DNA of 64,000 bases from Neoechinorhynchus agilis (GCA_051530055.1 CM121342.1:8757480-8821479); one strand, 5' to 3'. Numbered from the stretch's first letter, positions 24,390-35,440 are shown. Numbers and translations: made by a program. The notes: a model not told the origin generated them from the letters alone.

Positions 24390-24553
24390 ATACTTACCTG
24401 GTTCCGGAGTTAACGGTGATCAAGGAGGCCGTTCTCCCGGGCAGAGGCCCCTCCATTGTACTTCGGTGGTGGCTGACGTCTGCGATTTCCCCAAATCGGG
24501 GAAACTCGGGAATGGAATTTTTGGGTGTGGGGATTGCGTTCGCGCTTTCCCCT
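24390..24553 (+). ncRNA. U1: U1 spliceosomal snRNA
   Basis: Starts ATACTTACCTGG. SL1 has loop GATCAAGGAG, SL2 has loop ATTGTACTTC, SL3 is TTTCCCC-AAATC-GGGGAAA, the Sm site is AATTTTTGG and SL4 is GGGGA..GCG-TTCG-CGC..TCCCC. The closing helix TTCC/GGAA is complementary. Length is 164 nt. Confidence 0.96.
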
Positions 24554-25489
24554 TTAATTACAATATAACGAAAAGACTTTTCCTATGCGGGGGAAGGAGC
24601 TTTCGGATTTTAATGGTTTCAGTTCGGTAAACCTTGAAACGATTGCGTTCGTGCTTTCCCCTTTAATTGCGAATTTATTTTATCTATAATTTCGAACGTG
24701 GAAAGTTCCGACGAGAACGGCTTGAAAATGCAGCATTTCGTTTCTGAATCTCTGATAAAAATCGATGGCTGTCCTGAGATCCTTTGTTGCGAATAACCAT
24801 TTTCCAAGGTTAAGATTTTGTGGTGCTTGGTTCGACCGCTAGGAAAATATTTTTACGATGTGGGAAAGAGCGTTCATAACCGAAAGTTCGTAAGCGAGGT
24901 CGTTATTATCGCTGTAGGGATAATCAATAAAGCGGGTGGTGTTATTCGATTTCCTCGGAGCTTTTAAAATCACAATCTTGGTGCCATTGTAGAACGTTCA
25001 ACAAATTTAAAATATCTGTAGTACGAACAGAAAAGCCCTCGGATAATTTACAAATGGAGCTTCCCATTAAATTTATTCTTTTCAATCCGAATATCCTCCC
25101 TTTTGCCTACACCTTTAAGATATATTTGTCCAACTTACAAATTCATTTATTTCCCACGTCCTTACCTATCACTCGTTTGTAAGCATTTATCCTTAATTTA
25201 ATGAGTCTACGTGAATTCGGCACTTCTTCCCAAAAAACGTAATTTCACTTTCCGGTTCAAAAAACCCTAATAGTAGAGCTCCTTATCAATGTTTTCATTA
25301 GATGTTTGGTGTTAGTACAACGCTCGTAATCAGAATTCATTTGATCTACTTCTGCGAGACTCGAAAAGAAGCTGACTAAAGAATCCACTCGACCCGATAT
25401 TCTCACGTGAACGGACCCGTAATCCCCTCCAAATTAATCAAACACCACATTCATTTATCCTGTCAGAAATCGTATTGTATGCAACGGTA

Positions 25490-26800
25490 CTTTCCTACGT
25501 TGCACCGTAGGTATAAGCCCGTCAAATAGAATTAGACTCCGCAAGGGATCTAAAATACACGACAGCAGTCCTGTTATGCGGGCAATTCGCGTCTCTTAAA
25601 ATGAGATCATCGTATGGACGACAGTTCCCTTTGCCCTTACGATACAATGTCGTTGGCTTCTAGAAAAGGAACTGTTGCACGACCTGTGGGCAAGATGCCT
25701 CGGACCGAATTATATTGCCCGTGAACTGCAGTCGTCTGCGGCGCGAATATTCACTGGGCGGTTGGACTAAGGCTCTCTTATACCGTGCTTTATTGGTCAC
25801 TTTATCTGACCATCTGACCTTGAACGCCGCACGTAAGAGGGATGAATGATTTTGGTCCAACTGCCTCGTTGCCGTTGGTGACAGTGTCCAGGTCTCTGCA
25901 TTGTAGTAGAGAATGCTCTCAATTAGAGTCCTGTACAGCTGCGAACGGAGTTTATCTGGCAAAGACTCGCTGTCAAACAGTGGTTTAAGTTGCCCCATTG
26001 CTCTCCAAGCTATAGCTCTCCGTCGGCTGACATCCGCACTCACCTCAGGAACGACAGCTCCCAGATAGACATAATGCTCTATCTGTTTTAATTGCTCAAC
26101 GCCATTCGGCCCTTCGCCAGAGACTTTATGCGCGACATGCGGAATCGTCAAGAATTCCGCTTTTTTCGAGTTGATGGTCAGACCAATCATACTCGCCCTC
26201 TCGCACAGTCTAATTAGCATGCGTTGAGCTCCTTCGACTGTTGAGGACATTAATACGATGTCGTCGGCATATGCCATTTAGGAGGCGCGTATCTCAGGAT
26301 ACTTGCGACCTCTTTTATTCAACAGAAGAAATACATCTTCATCATTCGGTAGTGCCCATCTCATTACCCAATCAAGCACCAAGATGTGGTGGAAAAGTAT
26401 TCTGTCAAACCGTAAGCTGTCTTTACGGCGGACCTTGTGTTTTTATATAATGCCATAACGGATGTGACAATGATCGGCGGCATTCCATACTACTTTAAGA
26501 TACCGCCAATCATCGTTCGATTTACCGAATCGAAAGCTCGACGGAAATCAACAAATACGTGCGTCACACCCGTTTGATGAATTCGTGCCTCCTCGAGGAT
26601 CCTCCTCAAAGCCAACATGTGCTCTGTGGTGCCTCGACCTTTCCTACGGTTCGAGGATTGGCTGAATTCGGCGTCTCCAAATGCTGCTGAAAAGTTTTGC
26701 CATGTTGGACATCAAGGATATACCTCTGAGGTCCTCCACCTTTGTCGAGTAGCATTTCGTAGCCGAGGAAGGAGAGAAGCTCCAATTTTGCGGACGGCGG
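25490..26800 (-). mobile_element. RTE-like LINE, RT plus C-terminus, decayed; near-identical copy ~57672-58990
   Basis: YRGISLMSNMAKLF, EHMLALRRILEE, FVDFRRAFDSVNR, LVLDWVMR, AYADDIVL, YLGA, ESILYYNAETWTL and RRRRLQFTGNIIR. The QG motif is deleted in both copies. Confidence 0.92.
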
Positions 26801-28559
26801 TGATTGCACGTTTTTTACTTTATTATTGTAAAACCTAGAAATGTTAAAAAAAAGAAAACCCTTAGTCAAGGGTCAACTGGTTCGAATCCGTTACCGCCAA
26901 TGATGCACAACCAAAGGGGACCAAATACTGCTGAAGTGAGGAAACCCACTGATGAGTCCTCTCTCCTAGCGAGGTATCTGATTATCCGGAGGAATATACA
27001 AACTTTTAACCGTGTATTAGAGAATATGTGGTTATATCACTTCTCTGATGTAATTGGTTTGGCTTTATGCCTAAAAGTAAGCCGGACAAAAAGGGGCAGA
27101 CTAAATTTAATGATGATGAAAACAAAACCGGCTTGCCAGTAAAACTTTAAATGGAATGCAGCGATCTCCATGAGTCGAAAAACTTGCTTAGTTTGACATT
27201 CCGTAGTTGTGCCGGGGTGGTCAAGTGGACTAATGCTCTTGCGATCCAAGGGGAGTTTCCAAGAAGATTGCTGAGATCCTTACTCCGATAAAAAAAATTG
27301 GGTAAATAATCGAAGCTATCAATATCAATCCAGGAATGCACTCATGGTCTAAACTTCTGCGGATTTTGTTACTCAGAGAAGATGGAATTCAGTGCTTTCT
27401 GTCTAACAGAGAGCATTTCGGACATCGATGCAGGATACCGAAAGTGAATCGTCCAAAATAAGACAGTCTGTCGCCGACTTGAACACCCTTCCGCAATATC
27501 ATATCATTAGGAAATTCCAAAACATCGAGCCGATTTGGATTGCACGTTTTTTTAGTCGAGAGGAAACAAAAATTTAAGCTTTACATATCGATGTGCCCAA
27601 TACGATGGAAGGGAACAAAACCTTAACCTGAAATTAGCGGTCAGCGATATGTTAAAAAATCAATTAAAACATATTCGCCGTGTTTAGTTTCTCAAATAAT
27701 TGGACATGCGGTCCAAGAACCTCAGGAATGACGATCCCGCATACCCGAGCAACCCAATGCGAAACAACTAAAATCTTTTTGGATGACTGATGAGGCGATG
27801 CTTCCTTGTGAAATATTAAAATATAGCATGATTTATCCTGAATTTTGATTATCAATATTAAAATTATATCATCCCGACCGATTATCCCGTAAAGATTCTT
27901 TATTTTGTTTAAAATTGTCGTCCGCTTTCACGCAACATTTTCAAAGAACCTCAAGGATTGAGACAAAAATGTTAAACATTTGAAACAATATGTTAGGTCG
28001 GCTAATTGAGCGAACAACTAAATGGTATCATAGATCGCATTATTAAAAATCAATAACGAGTAAGGTAGTTTGGAAGTTTCGAGGTGAAAATCTAAGATTT
28101 CGTTGGTTTTTATGAGCAAATTAAAATTTTGATTTGTGCTAAAAAATTTGCATTCATTTCTAAAAGAGAAGAAAAGGTGGAAGGCGTTCTGCGACGACAA
28201 TTTAATAATCGATGTATGGAATTTTTATATTGGCGATGATCATTCAATTTTAGTCAATCCCTTTCTTGTCCGGCTTATTTATTTAGGCATAAAGCCAAAC
28301 CAATTACATCAGAGAAGTGATATAACCACATAGTCTCTAATGTCGGTTAAGAGTTTGTACATTCCTCCGGATCCTCAGATACCTCCAGCAAACGGGACTC
28401 ATCAGTGAGTTTCCACCCTATGGATCTGAACATTCGAAATAAACGGATTTTGGGACAAAAAGTTTAATATATTCGATCCCAAAAAGTAGAATAAATTACT
28501 CGATGAATTTTATAATTAAAGCAATTGTTTAAAATGTCTCAAGCGTTTGAGAGATTTTA

Positions 28560-30187
28560 AAATGATTATCTCGTCTCGCAATAAAGCACGAGTGCTTTTG
28601 CGAAAATAAATGTAGATCTCCTTTTTTTTAAAAAAATCGAATTTAATTTTTTCACACTCACGGCCTCCCGCCAAATTCCAGCTTTTGTCCTTCCTCGACC
28701 GTCGCCATCACGCTGGCAGCATTGCCTCGTTGTACTGCCAGCGAGATATTTTGTCGATGGAATACGCCTGCTCTTGAGTCTCCGGTCGCCTCTCAATTTC
28801 TTCGAGAGACCCTGGAGCAGAGAGACTGCCGAGCTGCCGAGCGCTCCATACGTCTCTACATGTAAGAAAGATTTAAACCACGAGTAATTCAGAATGCAAA
28901 CTAACCTTCGAAGAAGATTTACGGTAAAAATATGTAAAGTTGTTCTGCTTAATTATAAAAATGCTGAACCTTTCACCTTTTCTACAATTTAAACCTTTGA
29001 CGACTTATTAAAATTTTTTGTTAACATGCAATAATTATGTAAAAATCCTAGGGATTCGAAAACCTAAAGCCAAGCAATGTAAATAATGAGTATGAAAATG
29101 AAAAAATTAAATACAAAAAGAAATTGCTCACAAACTTTTATAGAATCTACTCAAAACGTTAGCTAAAACATTCATTTTTGACTTTTCTTTGTGGGTATTT
29201 GCTTATTTGTTGCTATTTTGATTAGAGAGAAATATTCAATAGTTTTTAATTCCAAAACGTTATAATAACGGTCGATTTGACTTCGTTCAAATTCGGCAAC
29301 CCTTAGCGAGCAGCCGTTTAATAGACACGAAAACCAGCTACACACAAAAACGAGAATGTCAATCCAAACGTTCCGAATTCTTAGCCCTTCAACGAAGACT
29401 TCTTCGTCTATTAGACAATCAGCGAAGGGCTAAGAGCGTTGAACGGACCAACAGCGTTTTATCCGAGATGTTATAGTGCAAGACGAATCCGAATGAAGTA
29501 ATAGAATCCGGACTAATCAATATTCTATTCGAGAAGGCAAATAATCTGTCGAATGCTAAAAAAGGTCCTCATACCCGTCCAATGAAATCGAATTGAGTAC
29601 CAAAGACCTATGCTGCCGGTTAAAAATTATTATCGATGAAAAATACGCCACTTCCAAACACGCGATGATTAATAGGATATTGATTTCGATGATTCAAGGA
29701 GAAATTTCGAGAAGTGATGTTCGAAACTATAATTTGGATGGAAACATTGAAAGCGATCGAAAAAATCCGGAAAATATAAGAAACACATTCCGATTGGACA
29801 ATCTAGAAAACGTGCTGTTTTCTTTGGCAGCAAATAGAGTGGTAAAATGTTAACCACGGAGGAAGCAAATCAAGGAAAAGCCGATTTAAAATCTGCGGTA
29901 AAAGCTTCACAAAAAAGAAGGGTAATGTCCGAAGAAAAGAAGAATGTGGTCGCTATGACAAGTTTTCATCAATTTAATAAAATCAACCTAAGCTTTGAAA
30001 GTTTCAAAGGAGCGACATTTATAACTACGGATTTCTCAGGGTGCCGTATTCTTGGGCTTCCCAATCCTTCGTTGGGGTGGGGGGATTCTTTGAAACGAAG
30101 GATTTGTCGGGATGCCGTTAATGTGGTACACGCCATTTGATCTTTGGGTTATAGAAGGATTTCTCGGTATGCCGTAGTCGTTGTACG
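28560..30187. repeat. Duplicated block, inverted copy at ~45920-47285, containing decayed orphan ORFs
   Basis: ORFs 29593-29853 and 29847-30140 (+) match 46271-46555 and 45893-46261 (-) almost residue for residue. Confidence 0.92.
28626..28859 (-). mobile_element. CRE-clade 3'-terminal fragment (~235 bp) with an A-rich tail
   Basis: Frameshifted VETYGALG..GDSRAGVFHRQNISLAVQRGNAASVMATV, homologous to the 3' ends at ~12080-12250 and ~44730-44920. The empty site is at 47234/47235. Confidence 0.88.
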
Positions 30188-30572
30188 ATCTGATGAGCAT
30201 CCTCAAATCCGATTTCATGATTCGTTTTTACAACATGATTACTGATGGCGGACGACGTATCTGCTCTGCGCACACAATATTTATGTTGGTCAATATGCTT
30301 TTTTAGTCCTTGACTTGTTTGTCGAACATAATATTTTCCGCATTGTCTGCATGGTACCTTATAGATTATAATTTTTATCCTCTTGTTTTGGATTCTTTTT
30401 GAATATACCCACCAACTTCGTTGCTGCTTTAGAATATATTGACACCGAATGGGTCTTGCATCTTCTTATAAGATGTAAGAATATTTTCTGATTGGCGGTG
30501 GGTTTCGGGTTGTTTTTCGATGTAATGTTCGTATCATTCTTCTCTGGCTGAAAACTCATCCTCGTCTTCATT
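30188..30572 (-). mobile_element. Penelope-like GIY-YIG fragment (same family as 44955-45400)
   Basis: Reverse complement of ~44960-45145. Translates (frameshifted) LVGIFKKNPKQEDKN..IIYKVPCRQCGKYYVRQTSQGLKK. Confidence 0.85.
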
Positions 30573-30574
30573 AA

Positions 30575-31100
30575 GGACTAGCCCGGTCGACCTCGTCGCG
30601 CGAGCCTGAAATTAGAGAACTATGAACTCGGGCGACTAAAGGTTTATCCCAGATGAACTGCTTTAGACCATTCACGGGAACTTGGTAATAACCCGTATTC
30701 TCCCACCATTTATGGACCGCTACTAGAAATTCGTCCGCTAAACAGAACATGGGTCACAATATACGCTTTACCAGATCCCAACTAAGTTCGAATGATCGAA
30801 AAAACGCTGGCAACGACACATCTACTGCTTTTAGAATACCTAAGCCACTGGACGATACAGGCAATGAAGCTTGTCGCAAGGCCTCGTCTGATAGCTGGCT
30901 ATTTAAAATGTGCTCGAGACACGCCTTCACAATGTCATCGAGCTTCTTTAACTTATCGACGTGCTTGAAGAAGGAAGCCGTGAGCAGTATATAAAGTAGT
31001 TTCGGGATGAAGAGGATATTCTTGATCAGGAATAGAGCCTCGTGTGACGAAAGTTCATGGACTCTATCGCACAGCATCGTGATGTTCAGGAATAGATGGT
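30575..31100 (-). mobile_element. CRE-clade internal fragment (RT thumb region)
   Basis: HEALFLIKNILFIPKLLYIL..LSDEALRQASLPVSSSGLGI..PAF followed by KQFIWDKPLVARVHSSL..DEVDRA. Confidence 0.88.
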
Positions 31101-31149
31101 CGATTTCATATGGACCCACGTTTGCGATTGAGATCTAGAAAATTAACGT

Positions 31150-31290
31150 TAAGCACTACAAAATATTTACGGCTGATGTGAACGCTCTGTTCACCAATGT
31201 CCCGTTGACTAATACGATCGAATTATCGGCTACGTTACTATCGAAGAATTGTAGTAAACCACTTTTGGACCTTGGCACGTTGAGAAATGT
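31150..31290 (+). mobile_element. Penelope-like RT motif-A fragment
   Basis: KIFTADVNALFTNVPLTNTIEL matches the PLE pattern D..SLFTN(V/I)P....I. Confidence 0.7.
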
Positions 31291-31478
31291 ACACAGCCCT
31301 TGAACTTGCCTGGATCTACAACGATTTCCAATACGAAATCACTTGGTTGACTCAGGTGTATCAGCACCATTTTGCGCTCTATGGAGATCGGTATGCCGAC
31401 TATTTTGCAAAGTACCATTGGGTTGAATACTGGAACCAAATAGCTTTGTGGGCCATGGACAGAATGAAGGTCGGCTAA
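31287..31478 (+). CDS. Aromatic-rich 63-codon ORF of unknown function, possibly a detached terminal exon; paralog 41266-41457
   Basis: The two copies are identical over the first 28 aa. A 27-nt in-frame indel separates their tails, and AATAAA lies shortly downstream in both. Confidence 0.35.
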   Translation: MYTALELAWIYNDFQYEITWLTQVYQHHFALYGDRYADYFAKYHWVEYWNQIALWAMDRMKVG

Positions 31479-31764
31479 AATCGTAGCCTGACGCCTATGT
31501 CATAGTCATTGCGATATTTTCAATAAAGTGTTATCTTTATTGCTTGATCGAATTCTTGTGTTACGCAGACTATAGAATCCAGGCCATTCGCTTTTTATTA
31601 ATTTTAACATAATCTTTTTAGCGCAAGCTTGTTGTAATTCTTATATCTAACATTTTGTTCGATCTGCGTTCTCGTCTATACATTCGAAATGTCCATTTTG
31701 TGCATTTGCACACCGAATTACGTTCGTCGCAAACGTTTGCTGTGATTTTAAGCTGCTCGAGACT

Positions 31765-32826
31765 CGGATTACCTGAACAAATCGTGATTAAATCTCCTTT
31801 TCCATTGTTCTTCTTTTCTGCTTCTTTGATTGCATCAATCTAGCCAATCGCGAGCAACATAATTTCGGCCGATAATGTTGTGATTGCAATGCGTTCCCTC
31901 AAAACAACGAGTACCATTAAGAAAATCCAATATTTGGAATCTTATGGAGGTTGATATTTTAGAAAATTGATTTGTGAGAAAAATGAAAATAATGTTTAAT
32001 TTGAAAAATTTATTTTGCGTTTTGACGAAATATAAAAAAATGTCCTAGCCAAAAATTATAATGTTTTTGCTGTTCGCCGCTCTATTTTTCAATGCTGATT
32101 GTTGAGCGACGAACCAATAATTGTTCCCGTCTCGCTCGAATGATCATCGAGTCGATTTCCTAGGAACGTTGTATTGAGTGAAACATTGCTGTTTATTGAA
32201 TATCACTGCCTTTTTACTGTCGATACCCACAGAATCTCCAACGATGCAAATATTGAGGATTTTGGGACTTTAATAACGACGTTTCTGACGATGAAATTCC
32301 GATACATAACAAGAAAATTGAGCATATAAATTTCCGCATATGATTTAAATTTCAGCAGCAGCGGTCTCGAAGATTTCATGCATCCTTTGAATTTTTAGGT
32401 CCGATGAAAGAGCCCAATTGATATATTTATCCTTTTCGTCGACTTTTGCTGCTATACTATTTCCAATGTCTCTTAATCTCTGCGGGTGATTCTCTCTATT
32501 TTACTACTTCAACCATCGCAAAATCGTTAACTGAACGTCCCCAGTGGTATTTATCCTCTTCGTCAATCGTTCCAACGTATCGTTTCCGAATTTCAACGAT
32601 CTCTGTGAGTGATGTTCCCTCTATTCTTCAACTATAACATTATCGGGGATTTCGTTCAGTAAATTCAATTCACTTTCGGAGAATTTGTGCTTAGATTTAT
32701 TCACGATGTGACCATGCCGTTCGACTGCTTTAGGCTTTAATTGTTCAAGTTTACTGGTGTATTTGGTTTATACAGCGTGTAACACACCCTTAGTACTACC
32801 CTCCACAAGGAAAACTATAACAGATA
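31765..32826. repeat. Duplicated block, inverted copy ~41838-42925; includes a decayed Penelope N-terminal region (also 50892-51240)
   Basis: ORF 32446-32637 (+) is identical to 42026-42217 (-). The opposite strand reads KLEQLKPKAVERHGHIVNKSKHKFSESELNLL, resembling the PLE motif NLS...LS..E..LL.KG. Confidence 0.85.
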
Positions 32827-33380
32827 TCTGCAGGGATCCGTTTGTCTAACGCCAAACCTTCAGAACCCATTAATTTCCTGAGAGGAGTAAAGCAAAAGGA
32901 CCCCCTCTCTCCTTTGCTGTTCGCGCTGTGTGTAGACGATCCACTGCATGAGATCCGAAACGAAGCATCCTGGGACATATCGTATACTAACTTGAGGCGT
33001 ATCGACGATCAGTTGAGATCAAAACTAAAGAAACTCCTTCAACTTTGGAGGAGTGTTAACGATGGCGCCTTTTATCTGCCGTTCTCAAAAGGTGGGTTGG
33101 GATTTAGGTCCCTTGGCCATTAAGTACAAAGTACGAGGCTTCGAGCCGTGAGCGGTTATTGATAAATTCGGAGGCGTGATTGATCTCCACAAGGAAATCG
33201 GCATAATTCGCGAGTATTTCGACATGCTTGGTGACAAGTGCGAACTGGATGAAATCTCTTCAAATACCTCATTTCAACAGCAATATTTGAAAAAGTGGAG
33301 AGAGGAGACGACGCAATCGCCTGGAATCGACTGCTTTACGAACGGAATGGTTGATCGAAGTCTCATAACTTTTCGCTATC
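32810..33380 (+). mobile_element. R2/NeSL-like (RLE-type) non-LTR RT remnant with an internal deletion
   Basis: SEPINFLRGVKQKDPLSPLLF jumps to LRRIDDQLRSKLKKLL..FYLPFSKGGLGF, so the YADD region is missing. LKKWREETTQSPGIDCF follows. Confidence 0.72.
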
Positions 33381-33454
33381 GACAAGATCGTCATCGTTCT
33401 TATATAGAGCTCGTCCTGCCGGAGATGCTCCTCGACCCCGTCCTTGATGATCGC

Positions 33455-34028
33455 TTACTGCGAATAAATGCTTGTAAATCAAAAGGCGAAGGAGACATCT
33501 GCTTTAAGGTGACTTTGTTTGGTTCGGTTTTATCGTTCATGATCCTTCATAATATCTGAATAGAGCTGAGATTTATAATTTAGAAACAGTTATTTGGAAG
33601 ACCTAACTGCAGGATCAATTGAGGATTTTGTTATAAAGTTATAAAGATGCGAGTAATCACGAACATTTTGGTGCCTAATATTTGTTAAGTAAAGCTATAT
33701 TTCGCGATCGAACCTAAAACATTTTGCCATTTAGTAAATGATCGACTGAAACTAACATCTGCAACGGTAATATCGATTATTTATGTGGCTTGTTTAATAT
33801 TTCCTTGATTGGAGCTCTTTCTATGGATCGTTGATACTTTATTGGAACAAATAGTACTTTACCGTTGTCTTTATTTCTCAGATCTTCGAGTTTACCCTCA
33901 GTTATGTATGAATTCCGAGTAACGAAGTGCAGCTTCCCGGTCCTCTTTCGGATCGATTTTGAGCTATTTCAACATTCTTAATAAGACGTTCGATTGCAAC
34001 AAACCGATTAAATTCTAAACGTATTTTA
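33455..34028. repeat. Duplicated block, inverted copy ~49725-50297
   Basis: Reverse-complement identity, e.g. GGTGACTTTGTTTGGTTCGGTTTTATCGTTCAT. Confidence 0.88.
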
Positions 34029-34117
34029 GAACAATAATAACACGACCTTGAACTCCGTTGTGGATCATTGTCACTGATGGCGTATTAAACTGAATTTGCT
34101 CATTTGCGGTCCGCTGC

Positions 34118-35150
34118 CTATCCGCCCATTTTTGTCTTCTGGTTCGATTGTCCACTTTATCGACGGGTTTATCGCGTTCAGCTGTTCCTCGAGCTTCATT
34201 TTGTTAGGGACCTCGTTTGTGATAGCGAACACGTCGTCGACATACCTGAACCAAGCTTCGATTTGTGGGAACTTCACCAATAGCTCTTTTTCGTATTGGA
34301 TCATGAAGATGCTGGCGAGTACTGGACCTAGCGGTGAACCCATCGCCACACCATTCGTCTGATCGTGGAACTTGTCCTCAAATACGAAAGCTCCAACAGA
34401 TATAAGGCTAACGCTGTCTGCAATCTATTCTCGAGAGCGCTGGAAATAGGGAGCAATAAGTATGTGACAAAAAGGAGCATAAACATCATCGAGCGGAAAC
34501 TAAGAGACCTTGAGTACCCCACCCACGTCATTAAGAAGGCACTGGCCCATACAAAAGGAAGAAAAAAGGGGCATGAAAAAGGAAAAGAAGACAAGTTGAG
34601 CGAGAAGAAAACGAGATTCATCCGAGTTCATTACCGTTCTTCAAAAATGAGAAACCTCCTCTCTCACATTGCGACGAAATCGAGTTCGGTGAATCTCATA
34701 CCGTACCACCCTGCAGGAGTGAATTTGAACAGCGTTTTCAAGTCGAAGCCGGAGCAACTCAAGGGCAATGATTGCGTGGTCTACTCTGTCCCCTGCAAGG
34801 ACTGTAACCATGTCTATATTGGACAAATGAAGCAGGGTATTTGGAAAAGAGTGAGGCAGCATGAATACGAACTCAAACAGAGTGACGTACCATCGGCCAT
34901 CTTCAACCACGCCGTGCGAAATGACCACACAACCGACTTCGGAGGAACGAAGGTGAAAATGGTAGAGAGCGGGCTCCAAAGAAGGCTGATCAAGGAAGCC
35001 TTTCTCATCAACGCGGAGAGGACAATGGAAGGCAACAAGAGCAACTTCGCTCTTGTCCTTCGGACAAATAACCTCCGTGGAGCAGCAGCGCTAGGGTGAA
35101 GCGTCACCTCAGAAATTGATGGTCCCGCGTCCAGGGATCAAATGAGCTCT
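34118..35150 (+). mobile_element. Penelope-like element with an inverted 5' segment: RT core on minus (34118-34391), thumb plus GIY-YIG on plus (34392-35099)
   Basis: Minus strand: AFVFEDKFHDQTNGVAMGSPLGPVLASIFM..WFRYVDDVF..LNAINPSIKWTIE. Plus strand: SNRYKANAVCNLFSRAL..VVYSVPCKDCNHVYIGQ..RVRQH..SAIFNH..RRLIKEA. Confidence 0.93.
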
Positions 35151-35166
35151 CCTGCTACATGTGATT

Positions 35167-35440
35167 TTAGATGCTTGATAAGAGGTTGAGGCCTCGAAAA
35201 TTTGAATGTTTACAATTAATTCTTCTCGCATTCATATCATATTCTGCTGCTTCATAAGTTACGTTTGGAGCGGCATGTATGAGTAGTTCGGTGTCACATC
35301 TAATCTGTGTTTCACATATTCGACGTTTGACAATGTAATCAGGGCCTTTGCTCAACAAGGCAACTTCCTCTTCCGTGAAGATTCGTTTTGACTTGTTGAA
35401 GTTATATGGTTGTACCTTAGGGATATTTGGTCGAACGAGT
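35167..35440 (-). mobile_element. Penelope-like N-terminal fragment
   Basis: YNFNKSKRIFTEEEVALLSKGPDY resembles the PLE pre-RT motif NLS..LT..E..LLSKG..F. Confidence 0.62.

Noticed and set aside
24850-25100. FYNGTKIV on the minus strand, recalling the Helitron/PIF1 helicase motif NGTRL
   Set aside because: A single short motif among many stops, with no other helicase motif found.
26865-26900. tRNA or tRNA-SINE (GGTTCGAATCC followed by CCA; also ~59010-59045)
   Set aside because: The T-stem is imperfect, the A-box-like sequence is too close, and there is no acceptor or anticodon arm.
26940-26975. Hammerhead candidate GAAACCCACTGATGAGTCC (also ~28385-28410 minus and ~59080-59110)
   Set aside because: No GGAC-GAAA follows to close stem II, and GAAA sits only 4 nt before CUGA, which fits no permutation. 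It may instead be a very decayed RT (ADD-like) segment.
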